Of a stretch of 64,000 nucleotides of DNA, positions 9,137-18,387 are shown piece by piece. The position numbers and the translations under genes are program-made. The stretch comes from an uncultured Candidatus Saccharibacteria bacterium (GTDB lineage: Bacteria > Patescibacteriota > Saccharimonadia > CAZHVB01): NCBI GenBank assembly GCA_964600295.1, contig CAZRIY010000001.1, positions 24,810 through 88,809 of the forward strand. The letters are read 5' to 3'. The stretch's first letter is position 1. Each line of letters opens with the position of its first letter. The notes below the pieces were generated by a model. The model saw only the letters and a list, made by a program, of their open reading frames with translations. It was not told the DNA's origin and ran no database searches.

Positions 9137-10093
9137 ATGGGGATGACACCGCAGGATCCGAACGCTAAATCGCAGATTCGGAAGCACTACTATCTGGAGC
9201 AATACGTAGTAATTGCTCCCAAACGCACGCACTCGCTGCACCACGAGGAATTTTCCAAAACTGGTAGCTTGCGCAATCCGCCGCTGGAAGATGAACCCAG
9301 TGTTTATGAAATTCCCGGCGAGGATGGTCATTGGGCAGTCAAAGTTATTAGCAATCTTTACCCTGCCTTCTCTACGGCCAATGACCATGCCTATGGCGCA
9401 CAGGAAGTGGTGCTGATATCTCGCGACCCCACGGATATACCCATCGGACGATTGCCACTTGATCAGATTGAACGTGTATTCAAAGCTTACCAGCACCGCA
9501 TCGCGGCCCTGCGCGGACTAAAGGATATAAACTACGTCAGCGTCTTCCACAATCAAGGTTTGGAAGCCGGAGCCAGCGTTAAACAAACCCATTCTCAAAT
9601 TATTGCCACTCAGCTTATACCGCCAGCTCTCAAGCGTCACGCCGAAGTTTTTAGCCAATTGCGCCGCCGTTATGGCGTTTCACCCATGAGCAGAGCCATA
9701 GCCTGGGAACGCGAGCAGCAGGTCCGGGTAATCTATTCCGATCGTTATATGTCGGCCATCTGCCCTTATGCCAGCCAATACCCTTTTGAGGTTTGGATCG
9801 TACCCAAAGCCCAAGTGAGATCGATCCGCGAGATGTCCCGCAGCCAATTCCACGCCTTGGCTGTTGCCCTCAAAGTAGTGGTGCTGGGGCTAGAAACCGA
9901 GCAGATTAGTTACAATTTTCATCTGATAGAAGACGTTAAGGGCATGGACAACCACTTTATGATCCAGCTGGTCCCCCGGCCAAACATCTGGGCGGGTTTT
10001 GAACTCAATACTGGTGTAGCTATTAACCCAGTGGCGCCCGAAGAGGCCGCATTTTGGTACCGCTCCTTTATTGAAGAACGCGATGCTCTATAG
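9137..10093 (+). CDS. GalT-like nucleotidyltransferase (galactose-1-phosphate uridylyltransferase family, HIT superfamily)
   Basis: FHNQGLEAGASVKQTHSQIIAT aligns with the GalT FENKG...HPHGQI active-site region. About 318 aa. Confidence 0.65.
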   Translation: MGMTPQDPNAKSQIRKHYYLEQYVVIAPKRTHSLHHEEFSKTGSLRNPPLEDEPSVYEIPGEDGHWAVKVISNLYPAFSTANDHAYGAQEVVLISRDPTDIPIGRLPLDQIERVFKAYQHRIAALRGLKDINYVSVFHNQGLEAGASVKQTHSQIIATQLIPPALKRHAEVFSQLRRRYGVSPMSRAIAWEREQQVRVIYSDRYMSAICPYASQYPFEVWIVPKAQVRSIREMSRSQFHALAVALKVVVLGLETEQISYNFHLIEDVKGMDNHFMIQLVPRPNIWAGFELNTGVAINPVAPEEAAFWYRSFIEERDAL

Positions 10094-10104
10094 AAGTAGC
10101 TATT

Positions 10105-10439
10105 ATGCTGGCTAAAGTTTTTGGCGCTGCCAACACCGGTTTTGATTCTCAGCCAGTGGAAGTTGAATGTGATATTGCAGCCGGGCTGCCCAACAGGAAC
10201 GATTCGAAAACTCGCGCAAAACCAATGCTGATATGACAAATGCCGATATTAAACTCTTTTGCGGTCTGGATAATGCCGCCACCCAAATCTTAACCAAAGC
10301 CATGAATGCGCTGGATCTATCTGCCAGGGCCTATATGCGGGTGCTCAAGGTCGCCCGAACCATCGCCGACTTGTCTGGGACAAAAACCATCGCTACACCG
10401 CATCTGACTGAAGCTTTACAGTACCGCGTCAGCCGCTAG
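10105..10439 (+). pseudogene. comM: comM/yifB (Mg-chelatase-like ATPase) remnant: N-terminal 30 aa and C-terminal ~68 aa, frameshifted, with ~1.2 kb internally deleted
   Basis: MLAKVFGAANTGFDSQPVEVECDIAAGLPN is a ComM N-terminus. After a frame change the ComM C-terminus follows (..LSARAYMRVLKVARTIADLSGTKTIATPHLTEALQYR). The AAA+ core is absent. Confidence 0.75.
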
Positions 10440-10448
10440 CTACAACAT

Positions 10449-10751
10449 TCAGATTTGGATCCAGTTGTAGAGCTGCTCGTCGAGCAGGCTTGCGCGAAAA
10501 ACCAGCCAGAGCACAATCTGAGCTGCCAGCAGGCTGCCAAGCACAACTAAACTGATGCGTAAATCGCGGTGAGTTAATGAACGCTTGTTTATGACTGTTG
10601 TAGTTTTCTCGACAGACGGAGTAGTTACTAACGCGGACTTGGGACCGGCTGGCTCGGCTGGTTTTAACAACTTTAAATCTTTGCTAAATTGGAATTGCCG
10701 TCGTTCGGCGGCACGCTGTTTTTGGGCCTTCGTCCGATGCTTTTTTACCAT
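10449..10751 (-). CDS. Hypothetical small membrane protein
   Basis: 100 aa, basic N-terminus, one C-terminal TM. Confidence 0.3.
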   Translation of the reverse strand: MVKKHRTKAQKQRAAERRQFQFSKDLKLLKPAEPAGPKSALVTTPSVEKTTTVINKRSLTHRDLRISLVVLGSLLAAQIVLWLVFRASLLDEQLYNWIQI

Positions 10752-10780
10752 TAAATTGAGTATATCACCAGGATTGATAT

Positions 10781-11287
10781 ATGCTGGGACTAATGGGACA
10801 AGAGCCAGCCAGCTTGGTATGGATAGTGGTAGCCGTCAATTCAGTTGCTATATTGTTCGGCCTCTATTGGGTGGTCCGCCTTAGGCGGCGATTTCAAGCA
10901 GCTCTAGGCAATCTCGATAGCCAACAGGATCTAGCCCAAACCCTGGCCGATTATTTCCACAAATTGGGAGTTACGGCCAAAACTCTGGATAATCTTAAGT
11001 CCAGTTATCAGCACTTGGCCGCTATCGCTGGCCGCTCAATTCAAAAGACTGGTATCGTCCGTTTTAACCCCTTCCGCGATACCGGTGGCGATCAAAGTTT
11101 TGTCCTAGCCCTACTGGATAATCGTGATAATGGTTTTCTGATGACTAGTATCCATGGCCGCGAAGGCACCCGAATTTATGTCAAATCAATCATCTATGGA
11201 GCCAGTCGGCACCAATTATCAACCGAGGAAACCAAAGCCCTGAAGAATGCCAAACTAGGAGCTGTTAAGGAAGCGGGCAATGGCTAA
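10781..11287 (+). CDS. DUF4446-like membrane protein
   Basis: N-terminal TM, then conserved VRFNPFRDTGGDQSF / MTSIHGREGTRIYVK motifs. Confidence 0.5.
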   Translation: MLGLMGQEPASLVWIVVAVNSVAILFGLYWVVRLRRRFQAALGNLDSQQDLAQTLADYFHKLGVTAKTLDNLKSSYQHLAAIAGRSIQKTGIVRFNPFRDTGGDQSFVLALLDNRDNGFLMTSIHGREGTRIYVKSIIYGASRHQLSTEETKALKNAKLGAVKEAGNG

Positions 11288-11642
11288 AAATATTAACCCA
11301 AATACGGAGCAAACCGTGATTGCAACAAAAGTCCAGGTGAAGGGCACGCTGATTTGCCAAAATGATCTGTGGTTCGATGGATTAATTGCCGGAGACATCG
11401 AGGCTGGCGGTGATGTCACCATAGGCCCCAACGCGGTTGTCACCGGTAATATCTCAGGCGTCAATCTAAGCGTTGCTGGGCAAGTCCACGGCAACCTTAA
11501 TGCTTTAGACGCCCTAAGTGTAGCCACCACCGCGATTGTGCAAGGAGATATTAAGACCAAAAAACTAGAGGTAGCTGGCGGTGCCTCTATCTCTGGCAAC
11601 CTGCGCATGGAGCAGGCCGAGCCCACAGGTACCCCGGCCTAG
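11280..11642 (+). CDS. Bactofilin (polymer-forming cytoskeletal protein)
   Basis: Beta-helical bactofilin (DUF583) repeats. The start overlaps the upstream stop (ATGGCTAA). Confidence 0.8.
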   Translation: MAKNINPNTEQTVIATKVQVKGTLICQNDLWFDGLIAGDIEAGGDVTIGPNAVVTGNISGVNLSVAGQVHGNLNALDALSVATTAIVQGDIKTKKLEVAGGASISGNLRMEQAEPTGTPA

Positions 11643-11653
11643 TTTAGTTATCT

Positions 11654-12487
11654 ATGTATTACTACATTGTTAATCCAGCAGCCGGCGGTGGCCTGATTAA
11701 CAGTATCCAGGATCGACTGAAAGCCAATCTAAATGAGTTGAAGATTGATGGAGAATTTGCCAAGACATTGGGACCGGGTGACGCCCTCAAGGTTACCCAA
11801 ACAGCTCTGGAAAAAGGCGCCAAAACCATCGTAGCGGTGGGCGGCGGTGAAACGGTAAATGAAGTCATAGCAGCCATTTATAAAGCTGGTCATCCTGAAG
11901 TTGCCATTGGTATTATTCCCACCGGCAAACAAAACTGGCTGGCCCAATATTTGGGTATTAGTAGCTGGCGTGAAGCGCCCGAAGTCCTAGCAGCCCGGCG
12001 GTTGATGGAGTACAAACTAATGACAGTTAATGACGAGGTTTTTATTCACTTTTTAAACCTGGCGACTCATCTGCCCGAGCCCGAAGATGAAGAACAAAAA
12101 CAGCGGTGGCAAAAAGTTCTCGAACGACCCGAAGCTCCGCCGCCCTTAAATTATAAAATCGAAGTTGATGGTGGCTATAAAATACGTGGCCAGGCAGACT
12201 TAATTACTATCCACAATCAGAAATTTCTCGATCTAGCACAAGATAATCGCTTAATGATGCGTCTACATGCTTCAGCCAATCAATCCCGCCTAAGACAGCA
12301 GCTGAGTCGGTTGAGAAAAAGTGGTCGATCACCCACTCTATCTCAACTTACTGCCGAGAAATTACATTTGCGGCTGCAACGCCCAGCCGAAGCGGTTCTA
12401 GATGGCAAATCAATTATTGGTAAGCACTTCCGAGTGGCTATGACCGATCAACATTTACGATTAATCGCTAAGTCACAGCGAGTTTGA
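11654..12487 (+). CDS. Diacylglycerol-kinase-family lipid kinase (YegS/BmrU-like)
   Basis: DAGK_cat domain: IVAVGGGETVNEV..., IIPTGKQNW. Confidence 0.7.
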   Translation: MYYYIVNPAAGGGLINSIQDRLKANLNELKIDGEFAKTLGPGDALKVTQTALEKGAKTIVAVGGGETVNEVIAAIYKAGHPEVAIGIIPTGKQNWLAQYLGISSWREAPEVLAARRLMEYKLMTVNDEVFIHFLNLATHLPEPEDEEQKQRWQKVLERPEAPPPLNYKIEVDGGYKIRGQADLITIHNQKFLDLAQDNRLMMRLHASANQSRLRQQLSRLRKSGRSPTLSQLTAEKLHLRLQRPAEAVLDGKSIIGKHFRVAMTDQHLRLIAKSQRV

Positions 12488-12550
12488 CAGGGGTAATGGC
12501 TTACTGCTACACTACCCCTGAAAATCGGTACGCATAAGGAGAGGCAAGAG

Positions 12551-13060
12551 ATACAGAACAAACCACCACGGACTAATCAAGAGATTCGGGCGAAAGAGGT
12601 CCGTTTGATTGATGAATCCGGAGCCCAAGCAGGCATTGTACCGATAGCCGAAGCCTTGAATTTAGCCTCATCCGCTGGACTTGATCTTGTAGAAATAGCA
12701 CCCAGCGCCCAACCGCCCGTGGCCAAAATAGTCGATTGGGGCAAGTGGCGCTATCAGCAAACCAAACAAGAGCAAAAAGCCCGCAAGAAACATCGCGTTC
12801 AGGATGTAAAGCAGATGCGATTCGGCCTCAAAATCGGCCAGCATGATCGGGAAGTTAAGCTGCGCAAAGTCCGCCAATTCCTAGAAAACGGCGATAAAGT
12901 AAAACTGTCAGTTTTTTTCCGCGGCCGAGAAATGGCCCATCCTGAAATCGGCCACCAGCTACTAGACCGTCTGGTAGCAGAATTATCCGATATTTCGGTG
13001 GTGGATCAAGCACCTCAGATGCTGGGTAAATACTTGAATCTGACCCTACGCAAAAAATAG
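12551..13060 (+). CDS. infC: Translation initiation factor IF-3, with a non-AUG (ATA) start
   Basis: IF-3 homology (..NQEIRAKEVRLIDESG..) extends upstream of the first ATG/TTG. There is an in-frame ATA at 12551, 6 nt after a GGAGAGG RBS and just after a stop. infC uses an atypical start codon in other bacteria. Confidence 0.8.
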   Translation: MQNKPPRTNQEIRAKEVRLIDESGAQAGIVPIAEALNLASSAGLDLVEIAPSAQPPVAKIVDWGKWRYQQTKQEQKARKKHRVQDVKQMRFGLKIGQHDREVKLRKVRQFLENGDKVKLSVFFRGREMAHPEIGHQLLDRLVAELSDISVVDQAPQMLGKYLNLTLRKK

Positions 13061-13126
13061 GTTGTTTCCAGTTTGGTATCTTTCCAGATATAATTGTCTA
13101 GACTAATTAATGAGCAGGGGTTAGGT

Positions 13127-13321
13127 ATGCCTAAGCTGAAGGTACATCGTGGTACCAAAAAACGGATTAGATTGACTGGCAATGGCAAGATGCTAAGACG
13201 CCGGGCTTTTGGCAATCACTTTTTGGCCAAAAAGAGCTCCTCACGTAAGCGCGGCTTGTCCAAAGAATATCAGCTCAAAACTGGGGATAAGAGCCGGATC
13301 AAGCGCAGTCTTGGAGTCTAG
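13127..13321 (+). CDS. rpmI: 50S ribosomal protein L35
   Basis: MPKLKVHRGTKKRIRLTGNGK... Confidence 0.85.
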   Translation: MPKLKVHRGTKKRIRLTGNGKMLRRRAFGNHFLAKKSSSRKRGLSKEYQLKTGDKSRIKRSLGV

Positions 13322-13324
13322 GGT

Positions 13325-13720
13325 ATGAGAGTTAAACGTGGTGTCACCGCCCGCAAACGCCATAAAAAGCTATTGAAGCAAACCAAAGGTATGAGCCGTG
13401 CTCGGCGCACCAGTTCGCGGCTGGCTCGTCAAGCCGTAACCAAGAGCTTGAGCTACGCTTACCGCGACAGGCGAACCCGCAAACGCGACTTACGCCGGCT
13501 TTGGATTATCCGTATCAACGCAGCGGCTCGCGAGTCTGGAACTTCCTACTCACAACTGGCCGGTCAGCTAAAAACTGCCAATATAAAACTGGATCGCAAA
13601 ATCCTGGCCGAGTTGGCCGTTAACTATCCCAAAGTTTTCGCCGACATAGCCCAAGCCGCTCAAAAACCCGCCCCAAAACTCGCCACGCAGGCAAAAACCA
13701 AGACACCAACTAAAGCTTGA
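13325..13720 (+). CDS. rplT: 50S ribosomal protein L20
   Basis: [22 protein letters not shown].. Conserved infC-rpmI-rplT order. Confidence 0.9.
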   Translation: MRVKRGVTARKRHKKLLKQTKGMSRARRTSSRLARQAVTKSLSYAYRDRRTRKRDLRRLWIIRINAAARESGTSYSQLAGQLKTANIKLDRKILAELAVNYPKVFADIAQAAQKPAPKLATQAKTKTPTKA

Positions 13721-13745
13721 AAAAGACATTTGCCTCTGTTATAAT
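13717..13745 (+). promoter_or_regulatory. Promoter of rnpB
   Basis: TTGAAA (13717-13722), a 17-nt spacer, TATAAT (13740-13745). About 10 nt before the RNA 5' end. Confidence 0.55.
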
Positions 13746-13754
13746 CGTCAATTG

Positions 13755-14123
13755 CGAGACTGCTGGATGATCGCTTCCGCCTTCGGGTGTGAGAGGAAAG
13801 TCCGGACAGCGTAGGGTAAGGACGGTCGCTAACGGCGACCGGGTGTGAGCCCAGGGAAAGTGCCACAGAGACTATACTAGCCCCGCCATCGGCGGGGCCA
13901 AAGGTGAAAAGTGTCGCCATAGGCGACTCCCGTGTTGGTGACAACACGTGGTGGTAAACCCCGTCCGCTGCAAGGTAGCTGGTTCATTATCTCGGAGCTA
14001 ATCTGGGAATTCTGGTACCCGCCAAGAACCGGCGATATAGAGCCGCACGAGCTCGCGCAGCAATGCGGAGCCAAGATAGATGATCATTCTTGACAGAATC
14101 CGGCTTACAGGCAGTCTCGAGCA
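13755..14123 (+). ncRNA. rnpB: RNase P RNA (bacterial type A)
   Basis: GAGGAAAGTCCGGAC P4 5' strand. ACAGAATCCGGCTTAC P4 3' strand. GGTAAACCCC...GCAAGG element. P1 pairing CGAGACTGC/GCAGTCTCG. Confidence 0.85.
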
Positions 14124-14124
14124 C

Positions 14125-14163
14125 TTTTTTAGACCCGCTCAATTCGAGCGGGTCTTTTATTTC
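14125..14163 (+). terminator. Intrinsic terminator of rnpB
   Basis: T-run, then AGACCCGCTC-AATTC-GAGCGGGTCT hairpin, then TTTTATTT. Confidence 0.5.
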
Positions 14164-14564
14164 TGCGCGTCCAAGATGCGGTTAACCTCGGCGTCGGCCA
14201 GTTGGTTAAACTCCCGTCGCACGTGGGTAAAGGTAACTTTGGGATAAAGTTTGGTCAATTCTTTGATAGCCTCGTGTATCGGCTTTAGCTGTTGATTTTT
14301 AACCTTATATAAACCGTTGAGTTGGCGAACCACCAGCTCACTATCCAGATTGAATTCGATAAGATCGGGCTGAAACTTGGCGACAGCTTCCAGGGCCAAC
14401 TTGACGGCTTGATACTCAGCCTGATTGTTGGTGGTCTCGCCCAAATACTGGCCACCAGTTTCGAGGATTTGGTCCCCCGCCATGATTACATAGCCAGAAG
14501 CAGCCGGCCCGGGATTACCCCGCGCGCCACCATCGCCAAATATCTTTAATGATTTGTATTCCAT
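14157..14564 (-). CDS. rnhA: Ribonuclease HI
   Basis: RNase H fold motifs: KIFGDGGARGNPGPAASG, TNNQAEYQA. Confidence 0.8.
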   Translation of the reverse strand: MEYKSLKIFGDGGARGNPGPAASGYVIMAGDQILETGGQYLGETTNNQAEYQAVKLALEAVAKFQPDLIEFNLDSELVVRQLNGLYKVKNQQLKPIHEAIKELTKLYPKVTFTHVRREFNQLADAEVNRILDAQK

Positions 14565-14574
14565 AATATTGTTG

Positions 14575-14651
14575 TGGTCGGGGATGCCGGATTCGAACCG
14601 GCGACCTCACGGCCCCCAGCCGTGCGCGCTACCAAGCTGCGCCAATCCCCG
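14575..14651 (-). tRNA. tRNA-Pro (anticodon GGG)
   Basis: Cloverleaf folded by hand. Acceptor CGGGGAT/ATCCCCG; anticodon loop CTGGGGG; T-loop GGTTCGAATCC; 3' CCA. Confidence 0.85.
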
Positions 14652-14929
14652 ACTTAATTACGATACCTTTAGCCGCGGATATTTTACAACTTAAAAAGGG
14701 CTCCCGTCTCGTTCACGGTCGCCCCTTTTATGTCTCCACCTCATGGTATACACAGCGGCTTTTCCTATCAATCGATAGGTGGGTGCCAGCAGCCAGCCAC
14801 CAAGGTGGTCGGCTAGCAAAGCCCCCTATTGAGAGTGTTAAACTGGAAAAGCGCACTGCTACACCAATAACGTAGAGACACTTTAATAATAGCAGGCGAT
14901 GTCAAGTTTTTCTAGCTAAATTTTTTGGC

Positions 14930-15559
14930 TTAGATAAACCGAAATCCCGGAATTAACAGAGATACCAAGGCCGAAATAATTCTGCCGATGGTGGGACTAA
15001 TCACCGGAAACAGCAGGAAGATAAATATCATAATCCCTACCAGGCCAAAGCTCTCGATTTGGCGCATTATAGCTCGCAAACCTTCGGGTGCCGTAGCATA
15101 GAGCACTCGACTGCCATCCAACGGCGGGAACGGGATTAGGTTGAAAACAAAGAAACCAATGTTAACTAGAACGAATAACTGCAAGAAATCTGCGGCTAGA
15201 GTGCTAGCGGGCACGAATCGCAACCAAACCGACATTAGCACCGCTACTACCAGGTTGGTTAACGGTCCAGCTACTGCCACCATAGCTGCCCCTAAATCGC
15301 CATGGCGCAGCCGGTGGGGGTTAAATGGTACGGGTTTGGCCGCACCAAAGACTGGTAAGCCAGCCAGAAATAAGATGATTGGCAGTAACACAGTAGCAAA
15401 TGGATCAATGTGTGCCAGCGGATTAAGGGTTAACCGACCGCTCCATTTTGCAGTCTCGTCTCCCAGTCGATAGCTAACGTAGGCGTGCATAAATTCATGA
15501 AATGTAATCGACAGCGCCAGAATAATAATCAGTAGCACCACTCCGGTGACTTGATCCAT
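14930..15559 (-). CDS. Site-2 protease family metallopeptidase (M50)
   Basis: HEFMH zinc motif and a LDG motif. Multi-TM. Confidence 0.8.
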   Translation of the reverse strand: MDQVTGVVLLIIILALSITFHEFMHAYVSYRLGDETAKWSGRLTLNPLAHIDPFATVLLPIILFLAGLPVFGAAKPVPFNPHRLRHGDLGAAMVAVAGPLTNLVVAVLMSVWLRFVPASTLAADFLQLFVLVNIGFFVFNLIPFPPLDGSRVLYATAPEGLRAIMRQIESFGLVGIMIFIFLLFPVISPTIGRIISALVSLLIPGFRFI

Positions 15560-15643
15560 AGGAATCAGTATACAGGTTTGACTGACTCGGGGTGGCTAGC
15601 GTACTATCTACAGAGTCAAAGGATAAAAGTAGGACGGACTAAG

Positions 15644-15874
15644 ATGGCTTACCGCTGTGATATTTGTGCCAAAACTAAGCTTTACGGACATAACGTTAGC
15701 TTTTCTCAACGTAAAACTAACCGCGTTTGGAAACCCAATCTGCAGACTAAGCGTCTAAGCATTGATGGAAGCAAAGTTAAATTAAAGGTTTGTACTCAAT
15801 GCCTGCGCCGCCTCAAAGCCGAGCAAGCCAATACCGTCACGGAAGATAAGCCAAAAATTAAAACCCAGGCTTAA
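15644..15874 (+). CDS. rpmB: 50S ribosomal protein L28
   Basis: MAYRCDICAKTKLYGHNVSFSQRKTNRVWKPNLQ... Confidence 0.85.
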   Translation: MAYRCDICAKTKLYGHNVSFSQRKTNRVWKPNLQTKRLSIDGSKVKLKVCTQCLRRLKAEQANTVTEDKPKIKTQA

Positions 15875-15903
15875 TATATATAAATCCTAGTCAACCCGAA
15901 CAT

Positions 15904-15942
15904 AAAAAAACCGGTTCTTCTATCTGGGCAGTGAAGAAACCG
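15904..15942 (-). terminator. Intrinsic terminator (minus strand)
   Basis: On the minus strand: CGGTTTCTTC...GAAGAACCGG hairpin followed by TTTTTTT. Confidence 0.35.
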
Positions 15943-16132
15943 ATGTGTTTGAGCGGTGAGCTACCGAGTGGCGAGGACTGCTTGAGCGAACGAGTGAGCG
16001 AGTGCCGCAGCCACCCGGCTAGCGAGCAAGCGAAAGAATCTAGAGTTTCTGAGCTCTGCCCGGTGGTTTTACGCAATTTTTGATGGCAAAAATTGCAAAC
16101 ATAATTTGGCTGTCAAAACTGGCAAAAGAAAA

Positions 16133-16771
16133 TTACTTAGTTTGGGGTTCCAGCACTACAACGCTGGTCTCATCGCCAAGTTCTCTGGCACTAACTTTAA
16201 GTTTGGGGATTGGTTTTACGCCCTCACCGCCAACTTCTTTCAAAAATAATTTCAGATCGTCTTGGGGCATGGGATACTTAGTTTTTCCGTCGTTGTAATG
16301 CACTGGTACCACCCACTGCGGTTCGAACTGAGCCACCAGTTTAGCTGCAGCGTTAGCATCAAGTGTTAGCCCATGTCCGCCAATCGGCACAATCATTACA
16401 TTAACCTCGCCAATATTCTCTATCTGAGCCTCGCTAAGTTGACCGCTGATATTGCCAGTGACAAGCAGCCGTAATCCGGCGGTACCAATGGTATACATAA
16501 TGCCCTTGGCTGGTGCTTTGGGATCATCAATATGCAGTTTGGCACCGATGCCCTGGATTTCCACGGTCTTAATTTCGTATTCGCCGGGACTGGCGATCTT
16601 AAAGATATCTTTATGGCTAAAACCGTTTTCGCCTAGCGTAGTAGTCAGTTCAACTTCGGCCTTCAGCTTTGGTAACTTCAAACCGGAGGCAACATCGGGA
16701 GGGTCAATCAGAATATGCAGATGTTTGCTGGCCACCAATACACAGGCAGCGCCATAATGGGTTAATTCCAT
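16133..16771 (-). CDS. MBL-fold metallo-hydrolase (COG2220-like)
   Basis: Beta-lactamase-fold motifs: ILIDPP.., PIGGHG... Confidence 0.6.
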   Translation of the reverse strand: MELTHYGAACVLVASKHLHILIDPPDVASGLKLPKLKAEVELTTTLGENGFSHKDIFKIASPGEYEIKTVEIQGIGAKLHIDDPKAPAKGIMYTIGTAGLRLLVTGNISGQLSEAQIENIGEVNVMIVPIGGHGLTLDANAAAKLVAQFEPQWVVPVHYNDGKTKYPMPQDDLKLFLKEVGGEGVKPIPKLKVSARELGDETSVVVLEPQTK

Positions 16772-16813
16772 ATGTTTGTTTACCTCCTAATTTCAGAATC
16801 TATTGTAGCAGAT

Positions 16814-17446
16814 CTAGGCTTCTAATTCGGCTGGCTCAGGCTGGGGCTTAACCTCTGGTTTATCGAGCTTGGGTATCTCACCAATCAGAACGGTATGTTT
16901 ACCCCCCAATACCATATTCAAGAAGCGATCATTTAGGTCTGAACGATAATCAAAGTCGTCTTTGCTCATAACAGCGTAGCGTAGATCTTTGCCTTCTTCG
17001 ACCTCTAGCTGCTGGATTAACTGTTCCAGCTTGTGACGATTAACATCCCCTACAATAAGTACATCAATTGGTAGGGCCGGTTCGCGAACGAATACTCCGG
17101 ATAATAATGCCAAATCAACTGCCCCCAGTTCTCGCATCCGTTCAGCCAAGTCTCCGCCGCTTTTAGCCACTACTTTTTCCTTCTTGGTTGAAACATCAGT
17201 GAACATATCGCGTAAAGCATCGTAGTGTTTATATTTCTGATTTACTTCGTAGTAAAGTTTATTGCCAGAAACGTCGGATTTGATAATACCAATTGATAAC
17301 AAATTGGAGAGTTCCCGGCGTACGGAATTAATTTGTTCTTCAATTTTACGGGTAATTTCACGTACATAAAATGAACGGTTTGGATTGGTATAAAAGAGAT
17401 GTAGCAATTTTACTCTGGTCTTTGAGCCAAAGAGCTGTTCAATCAT
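16814..17446 (-). CDS. Winged-helix DNA-binding protein, putative transcriptional regulator
   Basis: N-terminal wHTH (FYVREITRKIEEQINSVRRELSNL). Confidence 0.4.
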   Translation of the reverse strand: MIEQLFGSKTRVKLLHLFYTNPNRSFYVREITRKIEEQINSVRRELSNLLSIGIIKSDVSGNKLYYEVNQKYKHYDALRDMFTDVSTKKEKVVAKSGGDLAERMRELGAVDLALLSGVFVREPALPIDVLIVGDVNRHKLEQLIQQLEVEEGKDLRYAVMSKDDFDYRSDLNDRFLNMVLGGKHTVLIGEIPKLDKPEVKPQPEPAELEA

Positions 17447-17599
17447 GGTTAACCCCAGATTACTTGGCTATATTGTACCAAAAAAAGGTTACAAAAATGA
17501 ATAGTAAAGTTACAAATTGGGCAGTTGAATAACTATTGGTACCAACGCTGGTGCGTTGTAGCTACGAAGATGTGAAGATACAACTGATGTGAAATAAAA

Positions 17600-18367
17600 T
17601 TAAAGGCTAATAAAATACTTTGTTAAGGTGTCCGATTTTCCCCAAACTTCTCCCGCAAATCTGTCTTTGGTAACAATTCTACCATCATAAAATCCCTGAT
17701 ATGTTTGTCTGTTATCCGGTAGTACAAAATACTGATCTCCTCGTAATTTCACCGAAAAATCTGCCATGGTCCCTTGGCGGAATGGTTCATCATGGGAGCT
17801 GCCATTGATAAAAACTGTATTGTTTCGAATCTCTATTTCCTCACCGGGTAAACCAATTATTGTACCTATAGCCATCGGCGATTCATCCTTGCGCTTATAG
17901 ACCACTTGGTCACTTCTTTGGAAATCATTTGAAAATTTTCTAACCAGTACGTTATCTCCCTCTTTATAAGTAGGCTCCATACTCTTACCAAAAACTTGGA
18001 AATTTTGATAGCCGGTTATGGCCATGATACTCCCTAATATTACGATTATTATTGCAGCCAGAACACTCCAGCTTATAAGCAGACTTAGTGACTTTGGCCA
18101 GCGAGCTCCCGCAAATTTCTTGAGTAGCCAGTAAAAAATCGCAAAAGATGCCGGCAAGAAAAGTACCTCTATTAAAATTTCAGGTTTCGCGCCTGTTAGA
18201 GTAATCAGCCCCTCTATAGCTATTGTTAATAAGCCTTGAGTGAGAGTTAAGATTATTGCTTGACCAAGGCTCAACTTTAATTTAAAAGTTCTGGCTAGCC
18301 CCCAAAGTAGGGCCACTATAATAATGAAATCAACAAGTAAAAGACCAGTAATTAATGCGATGTCCAT
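17600..18367 (-). CDS. lepB: Signal peptidase I (S26) with a long N-terminal membrane extension
   Basis: GKSMEPTY catalytic Ser box and YFVLPDNRQ box. Confidence 0.8.
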   Translation of the reverse strand: MDIALITGLLLVDFIIIVALLWGLARTFKLKLSLGQAIILTLTQGLLTIAIEGLITLTGAKPEILIEVLFLPASFAIFYWLLKKFAGARWPKSLSLLISWSVLAAIIIVILGSIMAITGYQNFQVFGKSMEPTYKEGDNVLVRKFSNDFQRSDQVVYKRKDESPMAIGTIIGLPGEEIEIRNNTVFINGSSHDEPFRQGTMADFSVKLRGDQYFVLPDNRQTYQGFYDGRIVTKDRFAGEVWGKSDTLTKYFISL

Positions 18368-18387
18368 TGTGTTGATTATATCACCGG

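Noticed and set aside
14697-14830. Possible SRP (4.5S) RNA between tRNA-Pro and the site-2 protease gene, suggested by an AGCAGCCA-like element, CCACC-AA-GGTGG and terminal GGGCT/AGCCC pairing
   Set aside because: I could not build a domain IV helix with the conserved GNRA tetraloop and symmetric loops, and the resemblance is limited to one short GC-rich motif. It is left as an unannotated intergenic region pending a cmscan.
15891-16076. 61-aa minus-strand ORF
   Set aside because: It covers the GC-rich GAGCGA low-complexity tract in a convergent intergenic region, with no RBS and repetitive composition.
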